Source: Alphaproteobacteria bacterium (lineage in GTDB: Bacteria; Pseudomonadota; Alphaproteobacteria; CALKHQ01). Taken from it: 64,000 nt of DNA. Position 1 is the first letter of the stretch. Each line of letters begins with the position of its first letter. The notes beneath the pieces were generated by a model. The model was not told the DNA's origin and did not search any database. It saw nothing but the letters and a program-made list of their open reading frames with translations. The position numbers and the translations under genes were made by a program. The stretch spans positions 2,816,001 to 2,880,000 of the forward strand of contig CBDDFZ010000001.1 in NCBI GenBank assembly GCA_965227515.1, written 5' to 3'. Below are positions 19,544 through 29,671 of this stretch, one piece after another.

Positions 19544-20719
19544 TTGGCCGACATTTTTCAACAGGTAGACGAGAGCCTGCGCGAGGAGCGCCTGAAGGGC
19601 CTTTGGCGCCGCTATGGTTGGATGCTGATCCTCGGCGTGGTGCTCATCGTCGGCGGCACGGCCGCCATCGTCGGCTGGCGCGCCTATGAGCAGAGCGAGG
19701 CCGAGGACCAGACCGATGCCTATCTGACCGTTCTGGCCGAGGCCGGCGACGACGGCGCCGCGGTCGCGGAGGCGCTGATCGCGTTTGCCGAAGAGCGCGA
19801 CGGCGGCATCGCTGCGCTGGCGCAAATGCATGCGGCCGGCCTGACCGCGCAAGCTGGCGATACGGCGGGGGCGGTCAGGCAATACGATCTCGTCGCCGAC
19901 AACACCGATTTGCCGAAGTCGATCCGCGATGCGGCGCGGATCATGGCGGCGCTGCACGCGTTCGACCTGGAAACGAGTGCGGAGGTGCGCAGCCGGATCA
20001 TCGGCCTGGAAGACCCGGCCAGCCCATGGCGCCACAGCGCGCGCGAGATCCTGGCCATGCTGGCGCTGCGCGACGGGGACGCAGACACGGCGATCAGTGA
20101 GTTGACCGCGATCATCGAAGACGTCGATGCGCCGCGCAACATCAGGGTGCGCGCCAACGAGCTGTTGCAGGCGCTCGCCCCGCCGGAAGAAGCGGAAGAG
20201 CCGGCGGAAGACGAGGCTGACGCACCCGCCGAGGATGCCGCCGACGCACCGGCCGAGGACGCCGCCGACGCGCCTGCCGAGGACGCCGCCGACACGCCCG
20301 CCGAGGACGCCGCCGACGCGCCGGCCGAGGACGCCGCCGACGCGCCCGCCGAGGACGCTGCCGACGCACCGGCCGAGGATGCTGCTGACACCCCCGCCGA
20401 GGATGCGGCCGACGCGCCCGCCGAGGACGCCGCCGACACGCCCGCCGAGGACGCCGCCGACACGCCCGCCGAGGACGCCGCCGACGCGCCGGCCGAGGAT
20501 GCCGCTGACGCGCCTGCGGAGGACGCGGCCGACGCGCCCGCCGAGGACGCCGCCGACACGCCGGCCGAAGATGCCGCCGACACGCCTGCGGAGGACGCCG
20601 CTGACGCGCCGGCTGAGGACGCCGCTGACACCCCCGCCGAGAATGCCGCCGACACGCCTGCCGAGGATGCCGCCGACGCGCCTGAGGAGGACGTCGTAGA
20701 GGGCGAGGGGGCGCAATGA
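19544..20719 (+). CDS. yfgM: YfgM-like TPR membrane protein with acidic tandem-repeat tail
   Basis: MADIFQQVDESLREERLKGLW plus TM; position upstream of bamB-der; TTG start. Confidence 0.88.
   Translation: MADIFQQVDESLREERLKGLWRRYGWMLILGVVLIVGGTAAIVGWRAYEQSEAEDQTDAYLTVLAEAGDDGAAVAEALIAFAEERDGGIAALAQMHAAGLTAQAGDTAGAVRQYDLVADNTDLPKSIRDAARIMAALHAFDLETSAEVRSRIIGLEDPASPWRHSAREILAMLALRDGDADTAISELTAIIEDVDAPRNIRVRANELLQALAPPEEAEEPAEDEADAPAEDAADAPAEDAADAPAEDAADTPAEDAADAPAEDAADAPAEDAADAPAEDAADTPAEDAADAPAEDAADTPAEDAADTPAEDAADAPAEDAADAPAEDAADAPAEDAADTPAEDAADTPAEDAADAPAEDAADTPAENAADTPAEDAADAPEEDVVEGEGAQ
20201..20680 (+). repeat. Coding tandem repeat, 20 x 24 bp (PAEDAADA/T)
   Basis: Counted 20 octapeptide units with synonymous variation. 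Confidence 0.95.
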
Positions 20720-22077
20720 CGAAGGTCGCGCAACAGGAACTGTCGATTTCGGCGGCCGGCCGGCGGCGGTGCGCGTGTTTGGCGTCTGCGGCCCTGGCAC
20801 TTGCGCTGGGCGGATGCGACACCTGGTTCGGTGAGTTCGAAGGCGCGCAGCTTGAAGGCGACCGTCAGGCGGCCTTGGGCGAGCAGGTTTCGGTCTCGGT
20901 CGATCCTGAGGTGGCTTCGATACCCGTCACCCTGCCGCTGGAGATGTCGGAGTCCTGGCCCCAGGCCGGCGGCAATGCGGCCCATGCGCCGTATCGCATG
21001 GCCGGCAGCGCGACCCTGTCGCTCCTGTGGTCGAGCGACATTGGCTCCGGCGCTGATTCGGAGAACCGTTTGCTCGCGCAGCCGGTGGTCGGTGGCGGGC
21101 GCATCTATGCGATGGACTCCGACGGCGAGGTAGCCGCGTTCGATGCCAACACCGGCAACGAGGTGTGGCGGCAGGAGGTGCTGCCGGAGGAGGAGGACGA
21201 GGGCGATCTCGGCGGCGGCCTCGGCTTCTGGCAGGACACGCTGTACGTCACCACTGGCGCTGCGCAGGCGCTGGCGCTGGACCCGTCGACCGGTGCGGTG
21301 ATCTGGGAAACCAGGCTGCCCGGGCCGTCCCGCGCGGCCCCCACCATTGCCGACCGGCGCGTGTTCGCGGTCACCGCCGACAACCGCACCATCGTGATGG
21401 ATTCTCAGACCGGCGAGCGGCTGTGGTCCCATGTCGGGGCCAGCGAGGGCGCCGGCCTGCTGGGGGCTGCCAACCCGGCCGTCATCGGGCAGGTGGCGAT
21501 CGCGCCCTACACGTCTGGCGAGCTCTACGCGCTGCGGGTGGAGAACGGACGCGACCTGTGGTCGGACACGCTGGCCTCGGTGCGGCTGTCGGACACCATT
21601 TCGGCGATCGCGCAGATCCGCGCCCGGCCGGTGGCCGATGGCGACCGCATTTATGCGATCAGCTTCAACGGGCGGCTCGCGGCCATCGACCTGCGCACCG
21701 GCGGGCGCTTGTGGGAGCAGAACATCGGCGGCATCTCCACGCCGTGGGCGACGTCCGATTCGCTGTACGTGGTCGACAACGACCAGCGGCTCTTTTGCCT
21801 GACCAGGGCCGACGGCCGCGCGCGCTGGGTGACCCAGCTTCCGGCCTACGAGGACCCCGAGGACCATGACGATCCGATCCGTTGGGTCGGACCGGTGCTG
21901 GTGGGCGAGCGGTTGGTGCTGGCGAGTTCCGACGGCCGCGCCGTGGCGGTCTCGCCCTATGACGGCACAGTCGCGGTGCAGGTCGAGCTGTCCGGGCCGG
22001 TAACGCTGGAGCCGATTGCCGCCGGCGGCATCATCTACCTGCTCACCGACGACGCCAACCTGCTGGCCCTGCGCTGA
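20716..22077 (+). CDS. bamB: BamB-like PQQ beta-propeller lipoprotein
   Basis: Lipobox LGGC; repeated A.D..TG...W blades; yfgM-bamB-der synteny. Confidence 0.9.
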   Translation: MTKVAQQELSISAAGRRRCACLASAALALALGGCDTWFGEFEGAQLEGDRQAALGEQVSVSVDPEVASIPVTLPLEMSESWPQAGGNAAHAPYRMAGSATLSLLWSSDIGSGADSENRLLAQPVVGGGRIYAMDSDGEVAAFDANTGNEVWRQEVLPEEEDEGDLGGGLGFWQDTLYVTTGAAQALALDPSTGAVIWETRLPGPSRAAPTIADRRVFAVTADNRTIVMDSQTGERLWSHVGASEGAGLLGAANPAVIGQVAIAPYTSGELYALRVENGRDLWSDTLASVRLSDTISAIAQIRARPVADGDRIYAISFNGRLAAIDLRTGGRLWEQNIGGISTPWATSDSLYVVDNDQRLFCLTRADGRARWVTQLPAYEDPEDHDDPIRWVGPVLVGERLVLASSDGRAVAVSPYDGTVAVQVELSGPVTLEPIAAGGIIYLLTDDANLLALR

Positions 22078-23456
22078 GCGCCACCATCGCCATCGTCGGG
22101 CGGCCCAATGTGGGCAAGTCCACGCTGTTCAACCGGCTGGTCGGCCGGCGGGTGGCGCTGGTCGACGACACGCCGGGCGTTACCCGCGACCGGCGCGAGG
22201 GCGAGGCGACCCTGGGCGACCTGTCGTTCCGCCTGATCGATACCGCCGGACTGGAAGACGCCGACAAGGCCAGCCTGACCGGGCGCATGCAGGCGCAGAC
22301 CGAGGCCGCGGTGCGCGAGGCCGATGGCGTGCTGTTCGTGATCGACGCCCGCGCCGGCGTCACCGAGGCCGACCGCCACTTCGCGCTCTGGCTGCGGCGC
22401 TGTAACCGGCCGGTCGCCGTTGTCGCCAACAAGTGCGAGAGCCGGGCGGCGATGGACGGCGTGCTGGAGGCCCACGCACTGGGCTACGGCCAGCCGGTGC
22501 CGATCTCCGCCGAGCACAATGAGGGGCTTTCCGATCTCTACGACGCGGTCGCCGGCCTGCTGCAAGGGGCCGAGGCGACTGCGGCCGAAGAGCACGATGA
22601 ATTTGCCGACGCGTTCGAGGACGAGGACACCGACGACCCCTCCCGCCCGCTCAGGATCGCCGTCATCGGCCGGCCCAATGTCGGCAAGTCGACCTTGATC
22701 AACCGGCTGCTCGGCGAGGACCGCCTGCTGACCGGGCCGGAGGCCGGCATTACCCGCGATGCGATCCGGGTCGAGCATGTGCTGGGCGACCGCCCGGTCC
22801 AGCTCATCGATACCGCCGGCATGCGCCGCCGCGCCAACGTTACCGCCAAGCTGGAACGGATGTCGGTTGCCGATACCCTGCAGGCCGTGCGCTTCTGCGA
22901 GGTCGCCTGCGTGATGGTGGACGCGACCCAGATGTTCGAGCGGCAGGACCTGGCCATCGCCCAGATGGTGGTGAACCAGGGGCGCGCCATCGTCATCGTC
23001 GTCAACAAATGGGACCTGGTGCCGGACCGCAATGCGGCGGTGCGCGCCATGCACGAGGCCGTCGAGGAGTCGCTGCCGCAGGTGCGGGGTGTGCGGCTGG
23101 TGCGGCTGTCGGCGGAGACCGGGCGCGGGCTCGACAAGCTGTGGCCGGCAATTTCCGGCGCCTACGAGGTGTGGAACCGTCGCATCGAGACGTCGAGGCT
23201 CAATCGCTGGCTGGCCGAGGCGACCCAGCATCATCCGCCGCCGGCGCCGCGCGGCCGCCGGCTGCAACTGCGCTACATCACCCAGGTGAAGGCGCGCCCG
23301 CCGACCTTCGCGCTGTGGGTCAACCGGCCGGAAGAGCTGCCGACATCCTATCTGCGCTATCTGGTCAACGACCTGCGCGAGCGCTTCGACATGCCGGGCA
23401 CGCCGATCCGCCTGCTCACCCGCCGCGGCAAGAACCCCTACGCCAAGCGGAAATAG
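22074..23456 (+). CDS. der: Ribosome biogenesis GTPase Der (EngA), probable CTG start
   Basis: Two [14 protein letters not shown].[DE] G-domains; the first beta strand ([11 protein letters not shown]) lies upstream of the GTG at 22110. Confidence 0.95.
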   Translation: MSATIAIVGRPNVGKSTLFNRLVGRRVALVDDTPGVTRDRREGEATLGDLSFRLIDTAGLEDADKASLTGRMQAQTEAAVREADGVLFVIDARAGVTEADRHFALWLRRCNRPVAVVANKCESRAAMDGVLEAHALGYGQPVPISAEHNEGLSDLYDAVAGLLQGAEATAAEEHDEFADAFEDEDTDDPSRPLRIAVIGRPNVGKSTLINRLLGEDRLLTGPEAGITRDAIRVEHVLGDRPVQLIDTAGMRRRANVTAKLERMSVADTLQAVRFCEVACVMVDATQMFERQDLAIAQMVVNQGRAIVIVVNKWDLVPDRNAAVRAMHEAVEESLPQVRGVRLVRLSAETGRGLDKLWPAISGAYEVWNRRIETSRLNRWLAEATQHHPPPAPRGRRLQLRYITQVKARPPTFALWVNRPEELPTSYLRYLVNDLRERFDMPGTPIRLLTRRGKNPYAKRK

Positions 23457-23694
23457 GGAACGGCCGCAGTAGCGCCGCATTCCGGGTCCTTGAATCCGCG
23501 ATGCTTCGGCCTGCCGTCATCTCGCTTGCCCTGCTCGTCTGTGCGTCGGCGCATGCCGACGACCCGCGTCCCGATGACGCCAACTTCTGGTCCGCCGGAG
23601 CGTCGTATCTTCCGTCACCCTCCAGCCTTCATGAAATTCGTTCGAGGTCACATCCCGCCGGCAGTCTGTTAAAGACGCGTGAACTCAGTTCATC

Positions 23695-23869
23695 GTCGCC
23701 CTCGCGCTTGTCGCGAGGGCCCATTCGCGGGGCGGTCCGGGTCGGTGCCGATCGAATCAGGCACCGTTGGCCCATCGAATTCAGTTAGCCGCCACACCGG
23801 GCTGCGATTTTCCTTAACCTATTGATGTACGGCACATAAATGGGTCCTCGCCACAAGGGCGAGGACGAC
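23695..23869. repeat. REP-spacer-IHF-REP module, copy 1 (175 bp)
   Basis: REPs at 23695-23723 and 23841-23869; TAACCTATTGATG at 23815-23827. Confidence 0.85.
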
Positions 23870-23947
23870 AGTTCTCTATTATTGGAGGTATCGAGCGACC
23901 AGGCCGCAAGATGTGAATCAGGTGACCCTTGGGGAGGGGGAGACGCC

Positions 23948-24694
23948 CTACGCGTTCAGATCCAGGATGCCGTCGGTCGGCAGGTCGTCGGCGGCGATGC
24001 GCGCGGCGAGCCTTTCGGCGATGTCGGCCGGGTCTGCGGCCTTGCCTTCCGGCTCGCCGGGGAAGGCGGTGGCGCGCAGCCGGGTCGCCATCGGGCCGGG
24101 CGCCACCAGGTGCGCGCGGGTGCCGGTCTTGCGCACTTCGCTGGCCCAGCCGGCCACCAGTGCCTCCAGCCCCGCCTTGCTGGCGGCGTAGGCGCCCCAG
24201 TAGGGCGGCGAGAGACTGTGGATGCGGTCGGTGACGAAGATCGCCCGCCCCGCCGGCGCGTGGCGCAGCAACGGGTCGAGCGTGCGCAGCAGGCGGAAGG
24301 TCGCGGTGAGGTTCACGGCGATCACCTGGTCCCAGTCCGCCGCATCGCAATGGCCCAGCGGCGTCAGCGGCCCGAGGGTGGCGGCGGCGTGCACCAGCGT
24401 GTCGATATGGCCGAAGCGGGCGTGCAGGGCGGGGCCGAGCTGGTCGACCTTCTCGACGTCGGTCAGGTCCAGCGGCACCAGGGTTGCGGCCCGGCCGGTC
24501 GCCTTGGTGACCTTGTCGTCCACCTCCTCCAGCCCGCCGACAGTGCGCGCGGTCAGGATGAGCTGGGTGTCGGGCGCGGCAAGCGCTTGGGCGACGGCGG
24601 CGCCGAAGCCGCGCGAGGCACCGGTGATGAGAATGCGCCTGTTGATGGGCGTGGCGTTGTTTCCGTTGCTTGTGGGGTGTACCTCAACTGTCAA
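23948..24694 (-). CDS. SDR family NAD(P)-dependent oxidoreductase
   Basis: TGASRGFG and YAASK; AGGAG 8 nt before the TTG start. Confidence 0.93.
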   Translation of the reverse strand: MTVEVHPTSNGNNATPINRRILITGASRGFGAAVAQALAAPDTQLILTARTVGGLEEVDDKVTKATGRAATLVPLDLTDVEKVDQLGPALHARFGHIDTLVHAAATLGPLTPLGHCDAADWDQVIAVNLTATFRLLRTLDPLLRHAPAGRAIFVTDRIHSLSPPYWGAYAASKAGLEALVAGWASEVRKTGTRAHLVAPGPMATRLRATAFPGEPEGKAADPADIAERLAARIAADDLPTDGILDLNA

Positions 24695-24745
24695 TCGAGC
24701 GGCTCCTACTACCAGTCAGATCCATATGTATTGCGGAGAGGTGCA

Positions 24746-26308
24746 TCAACCACCCTTGGAAATGAGATTTCGCTTGAGGTGGTAAAACCGATGACGGCTT
24801 CTGGGCTTGCCCGGAGATCGGACAATGATTTTCTTTTGCTCAAGTCCATCCAATACAATTTTCGTTCTTCTCCAATCTAATGCAATTACCAGACCTGCAT
24901 CCTGAACATTAACTTTGTCATTGTCAACTAGATAATTCACAATCATCTTCTCGCTTTCTGTGAGAGACGAATATACATCTGGATTAATTCCAACTGCAGC
25001 TTCAGATCGAACATACATTTTTCTGTGTTCTGCATTGTTTTGTAAGGTTACGCTGACTTGAAATTGCCCCGCAGTTCTTTGTACAAAAATTGGATCGGGC
25101 AGATTTGCCTCGCGCATAACGGATCGCATTCTTCGTGTGCCTTCAAATGCACACTGAACAAAATCAAAATAATACAATGCCCACATTGTATTCGGATTTC
25201 GAGGGTTGTGTGCGTCGTATACAGTTTCGGGTGTGGTGGGAGGTAGGAATGAACCAGGTGACTCTACAACAAATTTATCCTCAAACATCTTTACGAAAAT
25301 GTTCATATTTCGTAAATTGTAAGATCGATGAACGACGGCGTTCACAACCGCTTCCAGCCAAACTTCTTTGGGATATTCCGGGTTTGTAGCAAATCTCCCA
25401 TCCGCGTCAAGTCTAGTGAAGTTTCTGATTTGTGATTCGATATATTTTTGAGCTCTCAGGATTTGGAAAGGAAGTGGGCCATCAAAACTCCGATCAGCAA
25501 CGGAATTTAGTCGCTGTCCAAATTGTTCCTCTGTCCCATCGTATCTGATCACCCGAATAAAAGCACCAGGTACTATTGATCGTGGATCGCGTGAGAATAG
25601 TAGGGCGCACGCTAGGTTTGCTTTAAAGTTGCTTCCGATTTTCTTGCCAAGCTTGCTCAATGTGAGTATGTCTTCTATGGTATATCGGCTCGACAGTTGG
25701 CGCTTGTCAATGTACCGATCTCTATACATGGCGAGTAGATCGAGATCAAAATCTGTAGGAAAGTGCAGAATTGTGGCCTCAGCTTCCACATCGACTTCAC
25801 CTTTGCTCAGTCGAATCTCTCGCTTCTCAGATTCGGTTAGCGTTCTTTTTCTGTCTCCTTCCCGAATAAATGCTTTGCCATCAGAAGTTTCAACCAATTT
25901 ATCCTCGCGATAATATATTCTCATAGCTAGGATGAAATCATCTTCGCCATTTTTATTTTCTACGGAAACTCTTTTTACTTCAAGTCTAGCGTCCCCACAA
26001 ATTGTCCTGACTGCTTCCAGATCATTCAGATGTTTTTGCTCAACTCCTTTGCACCCAACGATGCTTCCATCATCTGCGATACCCAAAAACACGATGCCAC
26101 CTGCAGGAAGCGTATTGGCCCACATGGACACATACTCAGCCAGCAACTTCTGGCTTACAGACGCTCGCTTTCTTTCAACCCTGCTATCTTCACCGAATTG
26201 GTGAATGATATCCTCGGCACAGGAGTTGAAGATATCATCTGGAGTCCATAACTGCGGGAGGGTCGTCTGTGGCGTCGCGAAGTCGAGTTCCAGTTGTGAG
26301 TTTTGCAT
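24746..26308 (-). CDS. AlbA_2/Schlafen-domain + HATPase_c_4 (RecG-C-like) + wHTH protein, low GC
   Basis: EDSRVERK, MWANT..GGIVFLGIADDG; YPKEVWLEAVVNAVVHRSY, ESPG and PRNP; AT-rich. Confidence 0.85.
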   Translation of the reverse strand: MQNSQLELDFATPQTTLPQLWTPDDIFNSCAEDIIHQFGEDSRVERKRASVSQKLLAEYVSMWANTLPAGGIVFLGIADDGSIVGCKGVEQKHLNDLEAVRTICGDARLEVKRVSVENKNGEDDFILAMRIYYREDKLVETSDGKAFIREGDRKRTLTESEKREIRLSKGEVDVEAEATILHFPTDFDLDLLAMYRDRYIDKRQLSSRYTIEDILTLSKLGKKIGSNFKANLACALLFSRDPRSIVPGAFIRVIRYDGTEEQFGQRLNSVADRSFDGPLPFQILRAQKYIESQIRNFTRLDADGRFATNPEYPKEVWLEAVVNAVVHRSYNLRNMNIFVKMFEDKFVVESPGSFLPPTTPETVYDAHNPRNPNTMWALYYFDFVQCAFEGTRRMRSVMREANLPDPIFVQRTAGQFQVSVTLQNNAEHRKMYVRSEAAVGINPDVYSSLTESEKMIVNYLVDNDKVNVQDAGLVIALDWRRTKIVLDGLEQKKIIVRSPGKPRSRHRFYHLKRNLISKGG

Positions 26309-26345
26309 TTCAAACCTTGTCGACTTGGCCGGGATAGCTTAGCGA

Positions 26346-26358
26346 TATCAAGGCGTTA
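26346..26358 (+). promoter_or_regulatory. IHF consensus site
   Basis: TATCAAGGCGTTA is a perfect WATCAANNNNTTR. Confidence 0.5.
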
Positions 26359-26463
26359 GTCTCGACGCTCATCGTTGGCAAGGAGAGGGTATCACCTTTG
26401 GCTTCCAGGCGCATCTAGCGCTGAATGCGTGTGGCAGCGGTTCTCGATGTACCGACTTTGCCC

Positions 26464-27141
26464 TCACCGGCGCACGATGGCGTCGTAGTGAGGCCACTCG
26501 TACCGGCGCATGATCGACTTCGGGCTGCGGACCCGGCTGATCACCGCACCTTGCGACCGGAACTGTGTCTGGACGGCGTTGCGCCTTTTGCCGCTCGCTT
26601 CCTTCGCCATTTCGCCGGTCGCCTTATAGGCCTTGTCGGCTTCCTCGGCCACCTGCCGGCTGGCCTTGCGGCTGGCTTCCACCAGGCGCTGCGCGGCGCC
26701 CGTGCGCTTCGTGCCGACGGCCTGCACCGTGCGCTGGCGACCGCCACCGAACATGCCTTTCAGGATGCCGGTCAGGACGAAGCCGATCACAAGCCCGGCG
26801 CCGCCATAGATCAACTCGTCCTCGGTTTCCGGGACCCGGGGCTCGTACCAGTACGAGAACGTGTCGCCCATGCGGTCGCCGTCGCCATGCTCGATCAGCG
26901 CGAACGGCCAGCTCCACATCTCGCCGGAGAGATAGGCGTCCTCCAGCGCGTCATACTGGCGGTTCAGCGCGCGCAGCTCGAGCGCCGCGTTGGACCCGGC
27001 GCCGTCCTGCGCGGTGCCGCCATCGATCTGGCGCTGCAGGGCGTCGATGTCGCTGCCCAGGCTGTAGATGTAGCCGATGTAGTAGCTCGGGAACTGCGAG
27101 AACACGAACCCGATGGCAAGGACGACGATCCAGCGAAACAT
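26464..27141 (-). CDS. Membrane protein, DUF2937-like N-terminus
   Basis: FSQFPSYYIGYIYSLG..., second TM, basic helical tail. Confidence 0.6.
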   Translation of the reverse strand: MFRWIVVLAIGFVFSQFPSYYIGYIYSLGSDIDALQRQIDGGTAQDGAGSNAALELRALNRQYDALEDAYLSGEMWSWPFALIEHGDGDRMGDTFSYWYEPRVPETEDELIYGGAGLVIGFVLTGILKGMFGGGRQRTVQAVGTKRTGAAQRLVEASRKASRQVAEEADKAYKATGEMAKEASGKRRNAVQTQFRSQGAVISRVRSPKSIMRRYEWPHYDAIVRR

Positions 27142-27154
27142 CTGCGACCCCCGC

Positions 27155-28594
<1,440 letters not shown>

Positions 28595-28598
28595 AGCT

Positions 28599-28871
28599 TA
28601 GAGCGTACTCGAGGTAATCGTGATCAATTCTGTTTCCAGTCCGGCGTGGCAGTCCACCAGGAGCGGTTCGCAGCGCGATGACGAAGCATCGGTCAAGGAC
28701 CGCGACGCAGCGGGTGCCCGCTGGATGGAAACCCTTGCGGGCCGGGTGCCATGTGCCGGAGGCCGCGTCGCTCGTCCTCGAATATGCTTAGGCATGTCCT
28801 TTGTCCTCGCTCCTAACCTCCGGCAAATGGCCCGCCGGCAGAATGACCGCGATTACCTTGAATACGCTCTA
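28599..28871. mobile_element. MITE-like element with ~33-bp terminal inverted repeats (TAGAGCG...CGCTCTA)
   Basis: TAGAGCGTACTCGAGGTAATCGTGATCA vs reverse complement TAGAGCGTATTCAAGGTAATCGCGGTCA, 24/28 identical; two internal hairpin arms. Confidence 0.8.
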
Positions 28872-28912
28872 GGTATGGATCTCCAAAGCCGGTAGGGGTC
28901 AGGCCGGTCGGG

Positions 28913-29629
28913 TCAGTTGGTATTGTCCTGATTGCCGCCGAGCTGTTCCAGCAAATTGTCGAGCGCACCGCCACTTTCGTTGTCGATGGGCGCCGGCTGG
29001 CTGGGTTCTCCGCCCTCAGTGGGCGGGTCGCTCAGTTGCTGGGTCTCCAGGTCGGGGTCGGGCGGCGGCCCGTCATCGCCGATACGCGGCGGCTCGCGGT
29101 CCAGGGTCTCGGCCAGCCACTGCCAGGTCTCGTCGGGCACCACGTCCTCGACTTTCGCGGTCACGTACTTGATCGACGGCATGGACCGCGCCGATTCAAG
29201 CCATGGCGGCTGGTCGGCCTGGGGCACGAACCAGGAGAACATCAGGTAGACGATCACGATGATCAGCCCGCCGCGCACCAGGCCGTACAGCAGGCCGAGC
29301 GACCGGTCGAGCATGCCGGTGCGGTTGCGCTTCAGGCGGTCGCCGATGGCGGCGAAGATCAGCGACAGCACGATCAGCGCGACGATGAACACGGCGGCGC
29401 CGGCGATCAGATCGGCCAGAAGCTCGATCTCGATAATCTGGAACACGAACGGCTGCACGTGCGGGAAGGCGTAGTAGGCCGCCACGGCCGCGCCGATCCA
29501 GGCGAAGATCGAGAACAGCTCGCGCGTCAGGCCCCGGATCAGGCCGAGCAGGCCGGAGCCGATCATGATGACGGCAACCGCGATGTCGACGACGTGGATG
29601 CCGCCTAGGAAGGGATCGAAATTATCCAT
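28913..29629 (-). CDS. cvpA: CvpA family protein
   Basis: GLIRGLTRELFS and LDRSLGLLYGLVRG; upstream of purF. Confidence 0.93.
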   Translation of the reverse strand: MDNFDPFLGGIHVVDIAVAVIMIGSGLLGLIRGLTRELFSIFAWIGAAVAAYYAFPHVQPFVFQIIEIELLADLIAGAAVFIVALIVLSLIFAAIGDRLKRNRTGMLDRSLGLLYGLVRGGLIIVIVYLMFSWFVPQADQPPWLESARSMPSIKYVTAKVEDVVPDETWQWLAETLDREPPRIGDDGPPPDPDLETQQLSDPPTEGGEPSQPAPIDNESGGALDNLLEQLGGNQDNTN

Positions 29630-29671
29630 GCCGTGTTGGGCCTCATAACAGGCTGTTAGACGAATTGCCTC

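Noticed and set aside
20201-20680. Tandem array as a CRISPR
   Set aside because: Contiguous in-frame 24-bp coding repeat with no unique spacers and no cas genes
24640-24710. SDR 5' end destroyed by the low-GC insertion
   Set aside because: AGGAG correctly spaced before an in-frame TTG, and the Rossmann motif is intact
24735-26396. GGAGAGG-N2-3-ATCA on both sides of the Schlafen-like gene as a target duplication
   Set aside because: Short, gapped and low complexity; could be chance
28598-28895. Short ORFs 28598-28795 and 28620-28895 as genes
   Set aside because: They lie within the palindromic MITE and have no protein motifs
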